A DNA stretch of 19,290 nucleotides from Armatimonadota bacterium (GTDB lineage Bacteria; Armatimonadota; Armatimonadia; Armatimonadales; Armatimonadaceae): assembly GCA_043754515.1 (NCBI GenBank), contig JAYUUO010000011.1:1-19290 (forward strand), read 5' to 3'. The translations under genes were made by a program, and so were the position numbers. Below the pieces are notes generated by a model. That model saw nothing but the letters and a program-made list of their open reading frames with translations, had not been told where the DNA came from and made no database searches. Shown piece by piece: positions 15,535 through 19,290 of this stretch. Numbering within the stretch: the first letter of the stretch is position 1; each line of letters opens with the position of its first letter.

Positions 15535-18257
15535 TTCGTGAACCCTTTCAAAAACATCGTGGCTCCCGCGCGGCGCGAGTACCGCCACAGGGGGATAACA
15601 AACACGGTTCCGACGATGAGGAGACCCAGCGTCGGACATTCTGGGACGACCGCGCCCGTCAAGAAGCGCACCCGTTTCAGACTTGTATCAATGACGAAAT
15701 TGCCCGCCCCCACTGGCAAACCGATGTAACTGAAGTCGGAAGCGGTAAATCCGTTAATGGTGTCGAACTGTATCAGGTCATAAAACTGGTTGCTTGTGAT
15801 TCCGTTATTAGCAAAGTTGAAGTTGAATCCGGTGCCGCTTCCCGTGCTACCTTTAGTCAGCGCGCCAGTCAGATTCAGCGCGTCGGTGCCCGCCCCGATG
15901 TCGAAAGAAAGTATGCCGCCTGGGTTCCACGCCAGCGAGGCTCCCCCTAGAGTACCCACGCTCCCCGCGACAGCCGAACCTCCGGGTGCTATCGTCGCGC
16001 CGCCATTGAGTACAATGTTGTTCGCCGATCCCGCCCCCAACAGCGTCGCGCCGGAAGCGACCGTGGTTTGTCCCGCCGCGCCCAGGGTGCCGTTGACCAC
16101 CAGTGCTCCAGCATTTACTTGCGTCGTCCCGGCACCGAAAGTGCCGTTCGAGATCATAGTGCCGCCATTCACCTGCGTCGTTCCTGAGAACGTACTGGTG
16201 CCTGATAGGGCGATCGTGCCGGTGCCCGTCTTCGTCAGGTTGCCGTTCACGCCGCTGATGACGCCCGAGTAGTTCGTGCTGGTGTTCGCCCCGCCGAAAG
16301 TGAATGACCCATTATTGGTTATCGAGATGTTGCCAGATGACTGGTTCCCAATACTCAGATTTCCCGCGGTCACGGAGGCGTTATCTATACTAAGCGAGCC
16401 GCCACTGTAGAGGATGAGCGAGTCGCTACTACTCACTACGGCTCCCGACGCGACCGTGAGTTGACCCACGCCGCCTGCGGTACCGCCCTGCCCGCCGATT
16501 TGTAACTGCCCGGTTACTGCAAGCGACGACCCGGTGCCGGAAACTGTCACCGTTCCCGTCGAGCCGGACCGAGCCGCTATTGCCGAAGACGAGCCGGTCG
16601 AGACGGTGCCGCCGCCCTGTATCACGAGTTGCCCCGCGCCGTTGTTTCCGACGAGTAACGCGCCCGTGGAAAGCGTCGTGACCGCGCCGCCCGCGCCGAT
16701 CCCCGCCGCGCTGACGTTGATTGTGCCGTTACTACCCGACAGATCACCGATGGCGATGTTCGCGCCGCTCGCCGCGCCGCCCGTGTCGAGCGTGAGAGTA
16801 CCCGTGCCCGCGCTACCCACGATAAGGAACCCGGTGGTTACCGCGACGGACGAACTCGCGCCGTTCACCGTCGCCGTGCCGACCGAACCGGCGAGACCGC
16901 CGATCAAGGAAGTAATGCCGGCGGAGACGGTGCCGCCGCCTTGCACCGCGAGTGTTCCGGTACCGCCGAAGCCGACGGCGAGTGCGCCGGTCGCCGCGAG
17001 AGTCGTGACCGCCCCGCCGCCCGTGCTCACCCCCGCCGCGTTGACATTAACCGTGCCGTTACTGCCCGCGTTGTTGCCGATGAAGATGCTACCGGTGTTC
17101 GTCGCCGACCCGCCCGCCGACGCGCTCGCGCTACCGCCCGCCGACAGCGTTAATACGCCCGTTCCCGAGGAACCGACCGTGATGTTGCCCGTGTTACCTG
17201 TGGAGGTCGCGCCGTTCAAAACCGACGTGAACGTGGAGCCGTTGCCGGTGACCGTAACGGTGCCGCTTGAGGCGGGATTGACCCCGGCGGCGGCACCGTT
17301 CCCGATGAGTTGCGACGCCGCTCGCGCAGTGCCGCCGCCGCTGACGGTCAACATGCCCTGGGAACCTGCGTTCGACCCGACGATGATCTGCTTCGAGGCT
17401 ATTAACTGGCTACCGGCTCCGGACACGGTGGTGCCGGCGAAACTGTTGACGGCGCGGGCTATGTAGGTGTAGACGGTGCTAACGGTCGCGCCGCCCTGGA
17501 TATTCGCCTGCGCCGCCGTCGCCTGGCTCCCCTGCGAATCAACCCGGAACGAGGAGTTGGGGCTGGCCGTGTCGGTGGCGTTGAAAGTATATGTGCCGCC
17601 TAGGAACGAAGTCGTCGTGCTGGCACCCGTGATCGCCAACAGGTTGGTGTTCGCGCCGCCGGAAAAATTGACCGTGGTGCCGGTTCCGGAAACGAGTATC
17701 TGCCCGGTCGCGGTCGCGACCGAACTCCCGGCACCGGTTACAGTGCCCGAAAGGTTGAGTGTCCCCGCCCCGGTCATTGTCAGATTAGAGGAAGTCAGGG
17801 ATACAGTACTGGCGATTGAAACTGCCGACGTGTTATCCAGCATCAGGGAGGGCGTGCTACCCGCGAAGTTGAGCACGGCGCCGCTGAGTGCGTATCCGCC
17901 GCTCCCGTTATTGAACAGGAGGCTGTTCAGCGTGAATTGATTGCTTCCGTTGCCGAGGTCGTTGTTGAAAGTCCCGGACGGGTTGATGGCGATGGCGAGC
18001 GTGGAGTTGCCGCCGACTACGGGGACGCCGTTCGCGCCCCAGTTGGCGGGGTCGGACCAACCCACCGTCCCGCCGCCCACGAAGGTGTTGGTGGGCGCGG
18101 CGACGGCGACGTTCCAGCCTAGAAGCGATAGGGCGAGTGCCGATCCCGCGCGGCGTGCGATGCGCGACCCGACACGGGCGGGCGAAATTATTGCGCGTAA
18201 CGGGTTGCCCTTATCGGCGAACCCGACGGCCCCATGGAGCGGGGAGTGTTTCATCAA
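15531..18257 (-). CDS. Large Gly/Ser/Thr-rich surface protein with T5SS/PEP-CTERM-associated repeats, an autotransporter-associated beta-strand repeat and a PEP-CTERM-like sorting signal
   Basis: SD AGGAGG at 18270-18265; N-terminal signal peptide; repeats of the form iGxxaGsxGtVtVsGxGS/vGxxGtGtLt; LTKTGTGTIALSGTSTFSGTTQVNGG; C-terminal VPECPT-TM helix-RYSRR. Confidence 0.88.
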   Translation of the reverse strand: MMKHSPLHGAVGFADKGNPLRAIISPARVGSRIARRAGSALALSLLGWNVAVAAPTNTFVGGGTVGWSDPANWGANGVPVVGGNSTLAIAINPSGTFNNDLGNGSNQFTLNSLLFNNGSGGYALSGAVLNFAGSTPSLMLDNTSAVSIASTVSLTSSNLTMTGAGTLNLSGTVTGAGSSVATATGQILVSGTGTTVNFSGGANTNLLAITGASTTTSFLGGTYTFNATDTASPNSSFRVDSQGSQATAAQANIQGGATVSTVYTYIARAVNSFAGTTVSGAGSQLIASKQIIVGSNAGSQGMLTVSGGGTARAASQLIGNGAAAGVNPASSGTVTVTGNGSTFTSVLNGATSTGNTGNITVGSSGTGVLTLSAGGSASASAGGSATNTGSIFIGNNAGSNGTVNVNAAGVSTGGGAVTTLAATGALAVGFGGTGTLAVQGGGTVSAGITSLIGGLAGSVGTATVNGASSSVAVTTGFLIVGSAGTGTLTLDTGGAASGANIAIGDLSGSNGTINVSAAGIGAGGAVTTLSTGALLVGNNGAGQLVIQGGGTVSTGSSSAIAARSGSTGTVTVSGTGSSLAVTGQLQIGGQGGTAGGVGQLTVASGAVVSSSDSLILYSGGSLSIDNASVTAGNLSIGNQSSGNISITNNGSFTFGGANTSTNYSGVISGVNGNLTKTGTGTIALSGTSTFSGTTQVNGGTMISNGTFGAGTTQVNAGALVVNGTLGAAGQTTVASGATLLGAGSANNIVLNGGATIAPGGSAVAGSVGTLGGASLAWNPGGILSFDIGAGTDALNLTGALTKGSTGSGTGFNFNFANNGITSNQFYDLIQFDTINGFTASDFSYIGLPVGAGNFVIDTSLKRVRFLTGAVVPECPTLGLLIVGTVFVIPLWRYSRRAGATMFLKGFTK

Positions 18258-18707
18258 TTCGTGTCCTCCTACCTAAAATACGATTTCTTTCTAAAGGAGC
18301 AGGCGATGAGCGACGCTCCGAGGACACGTTACCACAACTATGCACGGTTGTATATACGTGTAAATACTTAGTTTTCGGGTGTCGAGGATTGTTTTTTGTT
18401 CGTCCGCCCTTGACCCGGCGGCGCGGACGGTTACGCGTGCTTCCGCCGAGTGAATGTCAGTTTGAAGCAGGAGTACAGCCGCTGACAGCCGCGCGATTCC
18501 AAAAAGTTCCCAAAAAAAATACGTATTAACACGTATAGCGTTAGGGCGAAAATCGTGCGATAAACAAGGCAAGCCTTCCGGGGCCGGTGTAATTACCGAC
18601 CGAGGCTAACGGTTTATTTTGAGATCGGCAGTGGAACTTCATGTGTTCCCGAGTCGGCGTACTATGGGCCTAGTATGCGTATCTGGCGCAAAAGGGAGAC
18701 AGTAATA

Positions 18708-19290
18708 GTGGACAGGGATCAAGAGTCGGAATATTATGCCGTGTCGCTACGGAACGCGACAGGCCGCCGCGAGCAGCACCCGGCGATACCCCAGGACGCG
18801 ACCATCTTCGTCGCGGGGCATCGCGGGCTGGTCGGATCGGCCCTGGCGCGCGCTCTGCGAAGCGCGGGGTATAGGAACATCATCACGCGGACCCGCGCCG
18901 AACTCGACCTGACGAACGAGGCGGCCGTGCGCACTTTTTTCATGCGCGAGCACCCCGAATATGTGTACCTTGCCGCGGCACGCGTCGGCGGCATCCTCGC
19001 CAACGATACTATGCCGGTCGAGTTCCTGGTAGACAATCTCGCCGTGCAAAACAACATCCTCCTGTCGGCGCGCGACGCCGGGGTAGCCAAACTGCTGTTC
19101 CTGGGCTCCTCCTGCATCTACCCGAAGATGTCCCCGCAACCGATCCGCGAAGAGTACCTCCTGACCGGCACGCTCGAACCGACCAACTCGGCCTACGCGC
19201 TGGCGAAAATCGCGGGGATCACGCTCTGTCAGGCGTGTCGCCGCCAGTACGGGTCGAACTTCATCGCGGTAATGCCGACGAACCTGTACG
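18708..19290 (+). CDS. fcl: GDP-L-fucose synthase (partial, runs off the window)
   Basis: Manual translation gives [59 protein letters not shown] and MPTNLY. Start is uncertain: GTG 18708 with SD GGGAG, alternatives ATG 18675 and GTG 18741. Confidence 0.95.
   Translation, partial: MDRDQESEYYAVSLRNATGRREQHPAIPQDATIFVAGHRGLVGSALARALRSAGYRNIITRTRAELDLTNEAAVRTFFMREHPEYVYLAAARVGGILANDTMPVEFLVDNLAVQNNILLSARDAGVAKLLFLGSSCIYPKMSPQPIREEYLLTGTLEPTNSAYALAKIAGITLCQACRRQYGSNFIAVMPTNLY

Noticed and set aside
15790..18276. Long plus-strand ORFs (15790-16272, 16534-17466, 17476-17940, 17941-18276)
   Set aside because: Antisense shadows of the Gly/Thr/Ala-rich repeat gene, with Pro/Val/Ala-biased translations and no recognisable domain.
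18258..18707. AT-rich divergent intergenic region with acgtat repeats and ORFs 18137-18529 and 18291-18572
   Set aside because: Likely promoter DNA, but no specific -35/-10 pair, sigma54 site or structured RNA could be supported, and the ORFs lack coding features.
18734..19139. Minus-strand ORFs of 127 and 130 aa
   Set aside because: Antisense to the clearly recognisable fcl gene.

Overview
GC-rich bacterial window with a PEP-CTERM-type surface protein; an Armatimonadota/PVC-like host is a guess only. Left to right: an Eco57I/type IIG-like N6-adenine methyltransferase interrupted by an in-frame TAG; an alpha/beta hydrolase and a YtcJ-like amidohydrolase divergent from a shared 28-bp promoter; a membrane-anchored hypothetical; a minus-strand module of an SD-led 34-aa leader ORF, a 436-aa hypothetical protein, perfect palindromes and an atypical tRNA (tRNA-Asn-like body, Lys CTT anticodon in a non-canonical loop, TCA instead of CCA); a secreted NlpC/P60 hydrolase; a class III cyclase-TIR-AAA_35 NTPase fusion with a perfect CRP box over its promoter; a DUF2231-like membrane protein; and a surface/glycan locus (908-aa PEP-CTERM-like repeat protein, 72-aa Gly-rich peptide, NarL-family regulator behind a candidate sigma54 promoter, O-antigen-ligase-like protein, and a divergent partial fcl). 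The best candidates for undescribed biology are the leader-ORF/hypothetical/tRNA-like module and the cyclase-TIR-NTPase. All family calls come from motifs read by eye; no searches were run.
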